Shown piece after piece: positions 18,332-27,891 of a DNA stretch of 47,794 bases. A program made the position numbers and the translations under genes. Source of the stretch: Candidatus Planktophila sp. (GTDB lineage: Bacteria; Actinomycetota; Actinomycetes; Nanopelagicales; Nanopelagicaceae); the NCBI GenBank assembly GCA_046070745.1, contig JBJTMX010000044.1:1-47794 (forward strand), read 5' to 3'. The stretch's first letter is position 1. Every line of letters begins with the position of its first letter. Below the pieces are notes generated by a model. The model saw nothing but the letters and a program-made list of their open reading frames with translations. It was not told the DNA's origin and did not search any database.

Positions 18332-19135
18332 TTAAACCTTTTTCGGCTTCTTAAAGAATGTGTAGCCCACAGGGATTACATATGCCGCCCACACCAGAGA
18401 CTGAAGAACTGATGGAGTTGGCGTAAAGTTAAGTGCGCCCTTTAATACTGAGCCAAGGATGCTCTCCTCGCTAATAACTCCTGAAATATCAAAGAGCTTA
18501 GATGAATCACCTGGCAGCAAATTAATTTCCTGGAACTCATGAACTGCATAACTCAACATTCCGCCTGCAACAAGGACGAGCGCCATGCCGCTGTAACGGA
18601 AAAACTTACCCAGATTAATCTTGAGCGAACCGAGATAGAGCAACCAACCAAGTACTACAGAAACTGCGAGGCCCAGGAATGTTCCTGCGACTACAGTCTT
18701 AGCGCCGCTTGAAGCGAGCGCGCCATTCCAGATAAAGATTGCGGTCTCAAGGCCTTCGCGACCTACGGAGAAAAATGCAAGAGCAAAGAGTGAACCCACT
18801 CCAGTTGCGATTGCGCGATCCATCGCACCTTCAAGCTCTTGCTTCAGAAAGCGCGCCTTCTTTGCAAGCCACAAGATCATCCAGGTGATGAGTCCGCCTG
18901 CAATAACGGAGAGAGTTCCAGATACAAATGGCTCTGCATTTCCCTCAAGTTCGAATGAAGAAATCGTAAAGAATGAGCCGAATGCCGTAGCGGCCGCAAT
19001 CGCCGTGAAAACACCTGCCCAAATGACTCGCGTGCGCTCTGCCTGACCAATTTTCTTTAAGTAGGCAATCAGAATTCCCACAACAAGAGCAGCCTCAAGC
19101 CCTTCGCGGAGCCCGATCAAGAAATTTGCCAGCAT
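18332..19135 (-). CDS. efeU: FTR1/EfeU family iron permease
   Basis: Two REGLE motifs (LREGLEAA, GREGLETA), ~7 TM helices. Confidence 0.92.
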   Translation of the reverse strand: MLANFLIGLREGLEAALVVGILIAYLKKIGQAERTRVIWAGVFTAIAAATAFGSFFTISSFELEGNAEPFVSGTLSVIAGGLITWMILWLAKKARFLKQELEGAMDRAIATGVGSLFALAFFSVGREGLETAIFIWNGALASSGAKTVVAGTFLGLAVSVVLGWLLYLGSLKINLGKFFRYSGMALVLVAGGMLSYAVHEFQEINLLPGDSSKLFDISGVISEESILGSVLKGALNFTPTPSVLQSLVWAAYVIPVGYTFFKKPKKV

Positions 19136-19149
19136 CGCCTAGCCCTTCG

Positions 19150-19177
19150 ATTTACGCAACATTGGTGTTGCGTAAAT
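19150..19177. promoter_or_regulatory. 28-bp inverted repeat, SufR-type operator
   Basis: ATTTACGCAACA-TTGG-TGTTGCGTAAAT, core CAAC-N6-GTTG, directly after the minus-strand -10 TAGGCT (19178-19183). Confidence 0.7.
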
Positions 19178-19268
19178 AGCCTAGCATCGAGAGATTCCCG
19201 CTCACAAATCGAAAGCGTCACCATAACGAGTGTTTTAGATAACGCCCCTCAGCGTGAATACTGCTCCT

Positions 19269-20123
19269 ATGAGCCTCGGTTACGCCTACCCCCCTCCAGC
19301 AGATGGCAAGCCCTTCCGTCTGATTATGGGCCTTCGCTCGGTGGACCCTGCAGCGTGGCTAGAAAGCGGCGAAGATCTGATTCAACAAATCCCTGAGCGT
19401 TTGACCTTAGCCCGAGATTCACGTGAGGTCGTCTATCAAGAGCTTTCAGGCTATCGCAATGCGATTGGCGACCTCGTTGCCTTGGTTGTGGCAAATTTAC
19501 AAGAATTTCATAGCAATCGATATTCATTTACTTCAACATCCATCACACACCTGGCGACCTCTACCACCATTGATCTAAGTGCCGAAGATGTACTTCTTGG
19601 GTTGGCGTCGATTATTGGCGAAGATCTTGTTCTCCTTGCTCGAGAAAATAATGAGTGGCGAATCGTTGCTGGGGCTGTCATCTTTCCTTCGCGATGGAAG
19701 CTGACTGAAAAGATCGGCAAAGGTATGGATGTGGTTCACACTCCCGTCCCAGGATATGCAACAGCACTGGCACCTTTCATGACGGCAACATTCGACAAGA
19801 TCACCGCAGACCGACCGGCATGGCGAAAGAATTGGTCACTTCACAGCACCGAGGATTTATTTCAACCCACATCGATTCATGCACCTGCAGATCCGAAGGA
19901 TTACTGGTGGCGCACTGAGCGGCAGACATTAACTCGTTCTGCACAGGGAGAATTCCTTTACTTCACTATTCGCAATCGGGCAGAACCGCTTGCATGGATT
20001 AAGGAAGATTCAGAAGCGGCGGCACAGTTTGCGCAAACTCTGGCTAGCTACTCCCCTGAAACCATTGAATACAAAGGGCTTCAAAGGGACCATCAAGCGA
20101 TAATTGATTACCTGCGTACTTAA
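19269..20123 (+). CDS. DUF3445 / heme-dependent oxidative N-demethylase alpha-subunit-like
   Basis: PFRLIMGL, EDLVLL, FPSRW, VHTPVPGY, RKNW, RTERQTLTR, FTIR; start 19254 or 19269. Confidence 0.85.
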   Translation: MSLGYAYPPPADGKPFRLIMGLRSVDPAAWLESGEDLIQQIPERLTLARDSREVVYQELSGYRNAIGDLVALVVANLQEFHSNRYSFTSTSITHLATSTTIDLSAEDVLLGLASIIGEDLVLLARENNEWRIVAGAVIFPSRWKLTEKIGKGMDVVHTPVPGYATALAPFMTATFDKITADRPAWRKNWSLHSTEDLFQPTSIHAPADPKDYWWRTERQTLTRSAQGEFLYFTIRNRAEPLAWIKEDSEAAAQFAQTLASYSPETIEYKGLQRDHQAIIDYLRT

Positions 20124-20911
20124 CCGAGCAAAGATTTCATCTGCTTGTAAATCATATTTGCAGCAAAGACTGGGTTTAGTCGAGAGATTCGGTCGAGCAT
20201 CGTCGCATCTTTTCCGACAGTAACTCGTGGCTTGTTCTTCTCGATTGCATCGACCATGATCTTTGCGGCAACGGGTGCGGCAGTTTGTTTAAAAGCCGGA
20301 GCATCCGTTGAAACTTCAGGCATCGCAATACCTGAATTAGCAGTGATATTTGTGGCTACTGCACCCGGAAATGCAATGGTGACGCCAACTGTGGTTTCTT
20401 TTAACTCAGAGCGCAACCCTTCTGTCATCAGCTTCAGGGCTGCTTTTGATGCTCCATACATACTTTGGCCTGGAACTGGCGCAAAAGCACCCATGGAAGA
20501 AACATTGAGAATGTGCGCTTCGGGACGAGTAAGAAGTCCAGGTAAAAAAGCTTTGATCATTGCAAATGGACCATAGAAATTAACATTCATTACTTTTTCG
20601 GCCTGTTCGAACGAAAGGTCATTAATCTTGATAAAGGGTTGAATGATTCCTGCATTATTGACCAGAATGTCAACAGCGCCTAGCTTTGCTTCAATCGCTG
20701 CGGGTAGCGCTGAAACAGCTGCGCGATCGGTGACGTCGAGAGTGAATACTTCCACCCCCATGCCGGCCAACGTTGCAGTCTCTGCAACTGTAGCTCGATG
20801 CATATCTACAGCAGCAACCCTTGCGCCTCGGCGCACTAGCTCTAGCGTCATTTCTCGACCCATGCCGCTACCTGCACCTGTGACCACTACTACTTTGTTG
20901 AGAAGATTCAT
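20120..20911 (-). CDS. Short-chain dehydrogenase/reductase
   Basis: TGAGSGMG, NNAG and YGASK motifs. Confidence 0.93.
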   Translation of the reverse strand: MNLLNKVVVVTGAGSGMGREMTLELVRRGARVAAVDMHRATVAETATLAGMGVEVFTLDVTDRAAVSALPAAIEAKLGAVDILVNNAGIIQPFIKINDLSFEQAEKVMNVNFYGPFAMIKAFLPGLLTRPEAHILNVSSMGAFAPVPGQSMYGASKAALKLMTEGLRSELKETTVGVTIAFPGAVATNITANSGIAMPEVSTDAPAFKQTAAPVAAKIMVDAIEKNKPRVTVGKDATMLDRISRLNPVFAANMIYKQMKSLLG

Positions 20912-20933
20912 AATTGCAGTCTACGCTTGCACC
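20912..20933. promoter_or_regulatory. Bidirectional leaderless promoter
   Basis: Minus TAGACT and plus TACGCT share the TA at 20922-20923, each 6 nt from its ATG. Confidence 0.65.
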
Positions 20934-21488
20934 ATGGCTATAAATAAGGGCGAACGTGGTGGGTCAGCACTCATTGTTATTGATGTCCAGGTCAATGTTG
21001 TAAAGGATGCTTTCAAGCGCGATGAGAAAGTCGCCAATATGGCCAAAGCAGTTGCAAAGGCGCGCACTGCCTCAATTCCTGTTATCTGGGTGCGGCATTC
21101 AGATGAAGGCCTCACCATTAATTCTGATGGCTGGCAGATTGTTCCCGAGTTAGTTCCTGCCACAGGCGAACCAATCATTGAGAAGAAATTCCGAAGCACA
21201 TTTATTGAAACTAATTTTGAAGAGGTTTTAGCAACTCTCAAAATTAGCCACCTCTATATCTGCGGCGCAGAGACGAATAACTGTGTTCGCCACACTTCAA
21301 TGTCAGCTCTCGAGTACGGGTATGACATCACATTGATTGAAGATGCGCACACAACAACAGGATTTGACTGGAATGGCTATGTAATGGATGCCGCTCGCAC
21401 CATTGACGAACAGAACACCAACTTTATGGGTTACCGTCTGCCAACAAATAGTGCCGAAGTGAAACCGGTCGGTTCGCTGTGGAATTAA
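20934..21488 (+). CDS. Isochorismatase-family cysteine hydrolase
   Basis: ALIVIDVQ (D), IEKKF (K), ETNNCV (C) triad; EDAHTT. Confidence 0.9.
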   Translation: MAINKGERGGSALIVIDVQVNVVKDAFKRDEKVANMAKAVAKARTASIPVIWVRHSDEGLTINSDGWQIVPELVPATGEPIIEKKFRSTFIETNFEEVLATLKISHLYICGAETNNCVRHTSMSALEYGYDITLIEDAHTTTGFDWNGYVMDAARTIDEQNTNFMGYRLPTNSAEVKPVGSLWN

Positions 21489-22504
21489 AGTTTGGCCTCG
21501 ATACCTTCGGGGATATGCAGAACGATGAGAACGGTCATCCAATTCATGCAGCCCAGGTCATCCGCAATCTTGTTGATCAAGCCGTACTTGCAGATGAATT
21601 AGGGATCGACAACATCAATATCGGCGAGCACCACCGCGATGATTTTGCCGTATCGGCGCCGGATACCGTTCTGGCAGGAATTGCTACACGTACCAAGCGC
21701 ATTGTTCTTGGAACAGGCGTCACCGTTCTCTCAAGTGATGACCCGGTTCGCGTCTACCAACGCTTTGCCACAATTGATGCCCTCTCTCACGGGCGCGCCG
21801 AGATCACAGCGGGCCGTGGCTCATTTATTGAATCATTTCCACTCTTTGGCTACAGTCTCGATGATTACAGCATTCTCTTTGAAGAGAAGTTACAAATACT
21901 GAGCGAACTGATAAAAGAAACTCCAGTCAATTGGACAGGGTCCATCCGTACACCTTTGATGAACCAAGAGGTCTATCCAAAAACTGAAGGTGGTCACATT
22001 CCTGTTCGTGTAGGTGTTGGCGGCACACCTGAATCAGTCGTTCGAGCTGCACGTCTTGGAATGCCAATGGCACTTGCCATCATCGGTGGAGATCCGGCTC
22101 GCTTTGCACCTTTTGCTCATCTCTACCGCAATCGCTTAGCAGAATTTGGAATGCCCGATCTTCCAATCTCGATTCATTCTCCCGGACACTGTGCAGCTAC
22201 TGATGAACAAGCGCTCAATGAGTTATGGCCGAATTACGACGCGCTTTACAACAAGATAGGCCGCGAACGAGGTTGGGCTCCAACTACCCAAGATCACTTT
22301 ATGGCTGAAGCTGAGCATGGATCTCTCTACGTTGGTTCACCCGAGACAATTGCAAAGAAAATTGTTTATGCACTTAAATCAGTCGGAGCGCAGCGCTTTG
22401 ATTTTAAGTATTGCAATGGACCAATGCCGCATCTGCAATTAATGCGCTCGATTGAACTCTATGGAACAAAGGTAATCCCACTTGTACGCGAAATGATCTC
22501 TTAA
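21479..22504 (+). CDS. LLM-class (luciferase-like) flavin-dependent oxidoreductase
   Basis: FGLDTFGD, GEHHRDDF, LSSDDPVRVYQRF, GRGSFIESFPLFG. Confidence 0.93.
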   Translation: MELKFGLDTFGDMQNDENGHPIHAAQVIRNLVDQAVLADELGIDNINIGEHHRDDFAVSAPDTVLAGIATRTKRIVLGTGVTVLSSDDPVRVYQRFATIDALSHGRAEITAGRGSFIESFPLFGYSLDDYSILFEEKLQILSELIKETPVNWTGSIRTPLMNQEVYPKTEGGHIPVRVGVGGTPESVVRAARLGMPMALAIIGGDPARFAPFAHLYRNRLAEFGMPDLPISIHSPGHCAATDEQALNELWPNYDALYNKIGRERGWAPTTQDHFMAEAEHGSLYVGSPETIAKKIVYALKSVGAQRFDFKYCNGPMPHLQLMRSIELYGTKVIPLVREMIS

Positions 22505-22701
22505 AGCGCGGCAAACAAGAAATGCCAGCCTAGCCACCACCAGATTATTCCTAGCGCCAGACGATTGGCTCTCTGCTCCATCAATCCGGAGAGCAAGGTT
22601 GGTAACGAAATGAGCTTTTTTGGGTTTCTTACTGCGTAAAAGTTCAGCAGGAGTATTAGAAATAGCGAGAATAAGTACATCAATGAGAGAAAATTCCTCA
22701 T
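22501..22701 (-). CDS. Small membrane protein (DUF6186-like)
   Basis: C-terminal WWWLGWHF; ATGA overlap with the upstream gene; GGAGGAG RBS. Confidence 0.7.
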   Translation of the reverse strand: MRNFLSLMYLFSLFLILLLNFYAVRNPKKLISLPTLLSGLMEQRANRLALGIIWWWLGWHFLFAAL

Positions 22702-23258
22702 TTTCTCCTCCAATGTCGAACCACTATATATCCAATAAAAATCCAGATTAACCCGAATAGAAACCTGTTGAATTGGGTATCTAGCTGTGGAACGAGAAGC
22801 TCAGAAATCGTTGCATAGCGCTCATCCTCACCGGTGACTCTCGCCATTACCAATGCACTGAGCTCAATGAGCGAGATAGAAAGTGCAACTGTCCCCCACA
22901 CCCAAGCGCCCTTGGTATGAAGTCGGTCTAGTTTGCTTTTATGTTCGCCTACTCCCCACAGTTCAAGGAAAAGTATTACTCCAAGAATTATGAAGAGGAT
23001 TGATAGAAGAAGACTTTGGCGAGGAAGGAAACTTGCAAGCAAAATGAAAAAAGAGATTAGCGTCCATATTGCACGCTTATCGATTTTTAAGAGTGGGAAT
23101 GCGCTTTTTGTAAGATGAAACAAAGGCTGGAGTAATAAAACTATTGTGGCTCCACCAAAGATAAAGGCATCCACCAACTCTTTTCTAAAGAGTTGAAACA
23201 AGAAAGTAATGGCGAAAATTCCCGTCCATGGGCTGAGGCCAAGAATTTTCCCTTTCAC
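22698..23258 (-). CDS. Hypothetical membrane protein
   Basis: ~6 TM segments; TISELL motif; TACCAT-N6-GTG. Confidence 0.75.
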   Translation of the reverse strand: MKGKILGLSPWTGIFAITFLFQLFRKELVDAFIFGGATIVLLLQPLFHLTKSAFPLLKIDKRAIWTLISFFILLASFLPRQSLLLSILFIILGVILFLELWGVGEHKSKLDRLHTKGAWVWGTVALSISLIELSALVMARVTGEDERYATISELLVPQLDTQFNRFLFGLIWIFIGYIVVRHWRRK

Positions 23259-23321
23259 AGGTCAATGGTATGTGATTTCCTGCTAGGGAATAAAGTCATT
23301 CGTTTCTCAGTTTTAGTTTTC

Positions 23322-25460
23322 ATGAATGAGAACTTAAATCAAGATAACAAATCGGCACTTGAGCAATACGGAGTGGATTTAACCGCGCGGGCGCGAGAGG
23401 GAAAAATCGATCCTGTGATCGGGCGCGATAATGAGGTACGTCGAGTTATTCAAGTTCTATCGCGTCGCACCAAAAATAACCCTGTATTAATTGGAGAACC
23501 AGGAACAGGAAAGACTGCAATAGTAGAAGGTCTTGCACTGCGAATCGCTACTGGCGATGTCCCTCTTGGGTTGAAAGAGAAGCGAGTTATTTCCCTAGAT
23601 TTAGGCTCACTCATCGCTGGTGCAAAGTACCGTGGAGAATTTGAAGAGCGTCTTAAGGCTGTACTCGACGAGATCAAGGAAGCTGAAGGTGAAGTAATTA
23701 CCTTTATTGACGAGTTACATACCGTTGTCGGCGCAGGCGGAATGGGCGGGGCTATGGATGCGGGCAATATGCTCAAACCTCTTCTTGCACGAGGTGAGCT
23801 CCATATGATTGGCGCAACAACACTGGATGAGTATCGACAGTACATTGAGAAGGATGCAGCGCTAGAACGCCGATTCCAACAGGTCTTAGTTGGCGAACCG
23901 AGCGTTGAGGAAACTGTCGCAATTCTGCGCGGAATTCGTGAAAAATACGAAGCCCATCACAAGGTAACAATTTCCGATAGTGCCCTAGTGGCGGCTGCGA
24001 CTCTTTCACATAGATACATCACTCACCGGTTCTTACCGGATAAGGCAATAGATCTAGTTGATGAAGCAGCATCTCGACTCCGCATGGAAATCGATTCCTC
24101 TCCGGAAGAGATAGATCAACTACAGCGAGCCGTCGATCGCTTGACCATGGAGGAGTTCGGACTATCAAAGGAGAAGGACACTTCGTCGAAGGAACGTCTT
24201 CGGACTTTGCGAGATGAACTTGCCCTGAAGAAATCAGAACTTTCTATGCTGAAGAAAAAGTGGGAGAGCGAAAAGGGCTCACTTGACCATATCGGTCTGT
24301 TGACGGAAGAGATGGATCGCATCCGAAGCGAGGCAGAAATGGCGCAGCGCAATGGTGAATTAGAAAAAGCTGCACGCCTGATGTATGGCCGTATGCGAGA
24401 AATTGAGCATGAGCTTGCCGAAGCCCGTTTAAACGCTGTGAGCAAATCGTCTATGGTGAAAGAAGAGGTTACCTCTGATGAAATCGCCGAGGTCATCTCC
24501 GCATGGACAAAGATCCCTGTGGGGCGGTTGCTTCAAGGTGATTCTGAGCGACTTGTTCACCTAGAGAATGAGCTCTCTCAGCGCGTTGTTGGCCAAGAGC
24601 AGGCTATCCAATCTGTTGCCGATGCGATTCGTCGCTCTCGTGCTGGAATATCCGATCCTCATCGACCAACTGGAACCTTTTTATTCCTGGGTCCTACTGG
24701 TGTTGGAAAGACAGAGCTGGCAAAGACTCTTGCACAATTTCTATTTGATGATGAGCGAGCAATGGTACGAATTGATATGAGTGAGTACGGAGAGAAATTC
24801 TCGGTTTCTCGTCTTGTAGGGGCTCCTCCGGGCTATGTTGGTTATGAAGAAGGTGGCCAATTAACCGAAGCAGTTCGTCGCCGTCCGTATTCAGTAATCC
24901 TCCTCGATGAGATAGAGAAGGCGCATCCAGAAGTTTTCGACCTACTTCTACAAGTATTCGATGATGGTCGCCTCACTGACGGTCAAGGCCGTACTGTTGA
25001 CTTTCGGAATTCCATCATCATTATGACGTCAAATTTAGGTTCTCAATTCCTAGTTGAAGCATCGCGCAGCCGTAGCGAAAAAGAGGACGCTGTAATGAAG
25101 GTGGTTCATGGCTCCTTCAAGCCAGAATTTCTCAATCGCATTGATGATGTATTGATATTCGAAGCTTTGGAGCGCAAAGCGATTTCTAGAATTTTGGAAT
25201 TACTTATTCAAAATCTCCAAGAACGCCTTCAAGACCGTCATATTGAAATTAAGGTTGATGACCGAGCAAAGAGCTGGTTGATGGAGAAGGGTTACGATCC
25301 ACGATTTGGAGCAAGACCACTGCGTCGAACAATTCAGAAGGCAATTGGCGATCCAATTGCTAAAAAAATTCTCTCTGGCGAAGTATCTGATGGCGCTATT
25401 GTTGAAATTTCTGTATTAGCTCCGGATGCGGATGAACTACTAATTTCTGTTGCAGCTTAA
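23322..25460 (+). CDS. clpB: ClpB-type AAA+ disaggregase lacking the N-terminal domain
   Basis: [15 protein letters not shown], coiled-coil M-domain, [30 protein letters not shown]; starts ~25 aa before NBD1. Confidence 0.92.
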   Translation: MNENLNQDNKSALEQYGVDLTARAREGKIDPVIGRDNEVRRVIQVLSRRTKNNPVLIGEPGTGKTAIVEGLALRIATGDVPLGLKEKRVISLDLGSLIAGAKYRGEFEERLKAVLDEIKEAEGEVITFIDELHTVVGAGGMGGAMDAGNMLKPLLARGELHMIGATTLDEYRQYIEKDAALERRFQQVLVGEPSVEETVAILRGIREKYEAHHKVTISDSALVAAATLSHRYITHRFLPDKAIDLVDEAASRLRMEIDSSPEEIDQLQRAVDRLTMEEFGLSKEKDTSSKERLRTLRDELALKKSELSMLKKKWESEKGSLDHIGLLTEEMDRIRSEAEMAQRNGELEKAARLMYGRMREIEHELAEARLNAVSKSSMVKEEVTSDEIAEVISAWTKIPVGRLLQGDSERLVHLENELSQRVVGQEQAIQSVADAIRRSRAGISDPHRPTGTFLFLGPTGVGKTELAKTLAQFLFDDERAMVRIDMSEYGEKFSVSRLVGAPPGYVGYEEGGQLTEAVRRRPYSVILLDEIEKAHPEVFDLLLQVFDDGRLTDGQGRTVDFRNSIIIMTSNLGSQFLVEASRSRSEKEDAVMKVVHGSFKPEFLNRIDDVLIFEALERKAISRILELLIQNLQERLQDRHIEIKVDDRAKSWLMEKGYDPRFGARPLRRTIQKAIGDPIAKKILSGEVSDGAIVEISVLAPDADELLISVAA

Positions 25461-26539
25461 CGGTGATGCCCGCGCTCATTAAATGAGCGCAACGCACGGA
25501 GTCCATCTGATGGCCAGATTGAAATCGATGAGATCGAACACGGTGTTGCATCCATATGGAAGACGCCATCGTTAGGTCCACCTATTGCGATATTGGCAGC
25601 TGACTTAATAACTCCATTGTGAGTGACTACAACTACTTTCTTGCCAGGGTACTCCGCAACGACTTTCTCCATCGCAGCTTCAATACGTACACGGGCTTCG
25701 TCATATGACTCTCCCCCACCTGGACGATATGAAGATGAGTTGAGCCATGCTTGGTAATCATCCGGCGATTCAGCCTTTACCTCTTCAATTGATTTTCCAT
25801 CCCAAGTACCGAATGAAAGCTCGTACCAATCCCTATCAAAAATAATCTCAAGACCAGTTGCTGCTGCGATTGCTTCTGCGGTTTGTCGAGTGCGCTGCAA
25901 AGGTGAAGCAATCAAAACTTCTGGCTTAATTTTTGCGACTTCTTTTGCAACTCGAGCAGCCTGTGCCAAACCATCTGCTGTTAGTTCTGGGTCAAGAGCG
26001 CCAATGCCTGAAAATTTACGAGTGGGCGTCAAAATGGTTTCACCGTGACGCACGAAGTAAATCGTTGTCGGCACTTCATCGCTGCGGAGGCGATCAGTTA
26101 AAAAATTTTCTTGAACAACTGCAACTGGCTTATGTGCACTTCCACCATCGAGCGCCTTATTGGCCAAGCGATCTGCATGTGAGTTTTCATCACGTGGTAT
26201 CCACTTATAGGTAATAAGCGAAGGATTATGTGCATCGCGGCATTGCTTTGCAAGATCGCGCATATCTGCATGCTTGATCTGCCAACGACCTGACATCTGC
26301 TCGACAACAAGCTTTGAGTCCATCGCTACTTCAACAGTTGCCTCAGGGTCTAATTGATGAATATGCGTTAAGCCTGCAAGGAGTCCGCTGTATTCAGCAA
26401 CATTGTTAGTAGCGATTCCGATGACATCAAAGAGTTCGGCGAGGATCTTGCCATTTTCTGAGACCACGGCGCCAAAGCCAGCTGGACCAGGATTTCCTCG
26501 TGAACCACCGTCAGCGGTTAAGCGAAAATTGCGTGCCAT
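25457..26539 (-). CDS. rnhC: Bifunctional RNase HI / histidine phosphatase (Rv2228c-like)
   Basis: [19 protein letters not shown] and DSKLVVEQM, plus RHGET phosphatase motif. Confidence 0.93.
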   Translation of the reverse strand: MARNFRLTADGGSRGNPGPAGFGAVVSENGKILAELFDVIGIATNNVAEYSGLLAGLTHIHQLDPEATVEVAMDSKLVVEQMSGRWQIKHADMRDLAKQCRDAHNPSLITYKWIPRDENSHADRLANKALDGGSAHKPVAVVQENFLTDRLRSDEVPTTIYFVRHGETILTPTRKFSGIGALDPELTADGLAQAARVAKEVAKIKPEVLIASPLQRTRQTAEAIAAATGLEIIFDRDWYELSFGTWDGKSIEEVKAESPDDYQAWLNSSSYRPGGGESYDEARVRIEAAMEKVVAEYPGKKVVVVTHNGVIKSAANIAIGGPNDGVFHMDATPCSISSISIWPSDGLRALRSFNERGHHR

Positions 26540-26545
26540 AAGTGA

Positions 26546-27271
26546 TTAACCGCGTACCAAGATGCAACGGCATTGTTCACAACGTACTACTTCTTCGGGA
26601 GGAAGCGTTGAAATACGACCAACCTCTGTTGTGTTAATCGTGAGGTGGCAACCTTTGCACTCGTTTCCAACGAGAAGTGCGGCACCATTTCCATTGTTAT
26701 CTGCGACCAACTTCGCGTATAAATCCTTGAGATCCTGAGCGATTGGAGCAGCAATTGATGCGCGCTTCGCTGCAACTTCTTCACGCTCTTTGTAGATAAC
26801 AGTGAGTGCGTTCTCTTTCTTCACTTCAAGATCAGCAATCTCAGCCGCGAACTTCTCTTCTTCTGCAACGAGTTCATTGATTCGATTGGTGATGCCTTCG
26901 ACCTGAACCATGATTGCGAGTTCTGCTTCTTCAAGTTCTGCTCGGCGCTGGCCAAGAGTGACGATTTCGTGCTGAGTCTGCTCGAGCTCTTTTGGTGTTC
27001 CGGTGCCTGAATTAAGTCGGGTCTCATCGCGCTGGATGCGAGTAACAATTTGTTCGACGTCACCTTCAGCGCGCGAAAGTTCACGCTTCACATCGGTGCG
27101 CTCTGTCTCCGCCGCAATACGCAGGTCGCGAACGTTGTTGCGCTTGATTGTGAGTGAGTTAAGCGCGATTGACTCAGGAAGAGTTGCTTCGCGTTGCGCC
27201 AAAGCTGCTAGTTGATCATCGAGAAGCTGTACTTCAAGAATTGCTTGCTGGTCGTGATGGGATGCTTTCAT
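26546..27271 (-). CDS. Coiled-coil C4 zinc-ribbon protein (Rv2229c/DUF164-like)
   Basis: MKASHHDQ start, long coiled coil, CKGC and CEQCRCIL. Confidence 0.88.
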   Translation of the reverse strand: MKASHHDQQAILEVQLLDDQLAALAQREATLPESIALNSLTIKRNNVRDLRIAAETERTDVKRELSRAEGDVEQIVTRIQRDETRLNSGTGTPKELEQTQHEIVTLGQRRAELEEAELAIMVQVEGITNRINELVAEEEKFAAEIADLEVKKENALTVIYKEREEVAAKRASIAAPIAQDLKDLYAKLVADNNGNGAALLVGNECKGCHLTINTTEVGRISTLPPEEVVRCEQCRCILVRG

Positions 27272-27882
27272 GCGAATAAGTCCTGACCATATTTGAAGTA
27301 GATAGCGAGTATAAGCACTGCATATGTAACTGTGTAGAGAACTCGACCCCAACCGCGATCGAGGAATTTAATGAGCTTGCCTTGGATTTCTTCAGAGAAG
27401 TTCCAAACATTCTCAAGAATGACAATACGTGTGATGGTTGAAAAGACAGTTACGGTTGAAATTGTGACAAGTAAGCACCATGGGCAGAGTGCGTGAATCA
27501 CAAAGAGAGACTGTGACAGCAGCCAGAGTGCAAAGAGAAGTCCTAGCCCATATCCAACATGGGCGACGCGCATAAATTTACGCGGAAAGACCACCAGCGA
27601 GAGGCCTGCAATGGCGATAGTGATTACAACAGGCTCGAGCATTAAACCTAAGAATGAATTAGGAAATCCTAAAAGTGTTGACTGCCACGACTTTGCAACC
27701 TTGCCACATGAAACCACAGCGTTAATGTCGCATGAGAGCTTGCTTGCAGGTGAACCAGCGAGCTTGACCGCATCGTATGAAAGCACAAGGGATGCAATAA
27801 GGCTGAGAGTCGATGAAACGAGCATCGCCCAATAAGTTTTGCGATATGTGCGTAAACGTTTGGCGGTGCCAGTTTCAGACAT
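27268..27882 (-). CDS. Vitamin K epoxide reductase (VKOR) family disulfide-bond protein
   Basis: CDINAVVSC, GFPNSFLG and CPWC motifs. Confidence 0.92.
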   Translation of the reverse strand: MSETGTAKRLRTYRKTYWAMLVSSTLSLIASLVLSYDAVKLAGSPASKLSCDINAVVSCGKVAKSWQSTLLGFPNSFLGLMLEPVVITIAIAGLSLVVFPRKFMRVAHVGYGLGLLFALWLLSQSLFVIHALCPWCLLVTISTVTVFSTITRIVILENVWNFSEEIQGKLIKFLDRGWGRVLYTVTYAVLILAIYFKYGQDLFA

Positions 27883-27891
27883 GGCGGCAGT

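Noticed and set aside
19178-19190. GCTAGGCTA resembling part of an IdeR/DtxR box
   Set aside because: No 19-bp palindrome; better explained as the -10 element
23193-23321. N-terminal extensions in the ORF track (clpB; also 1092, 3169, 4898, 7800, 8722, 17341, 20643, 27352, 35153)
   Set aside because: They overlap neighbouring genes or promoters; downstream starts have an RBS, leaderless -10 or family-typical N-termini
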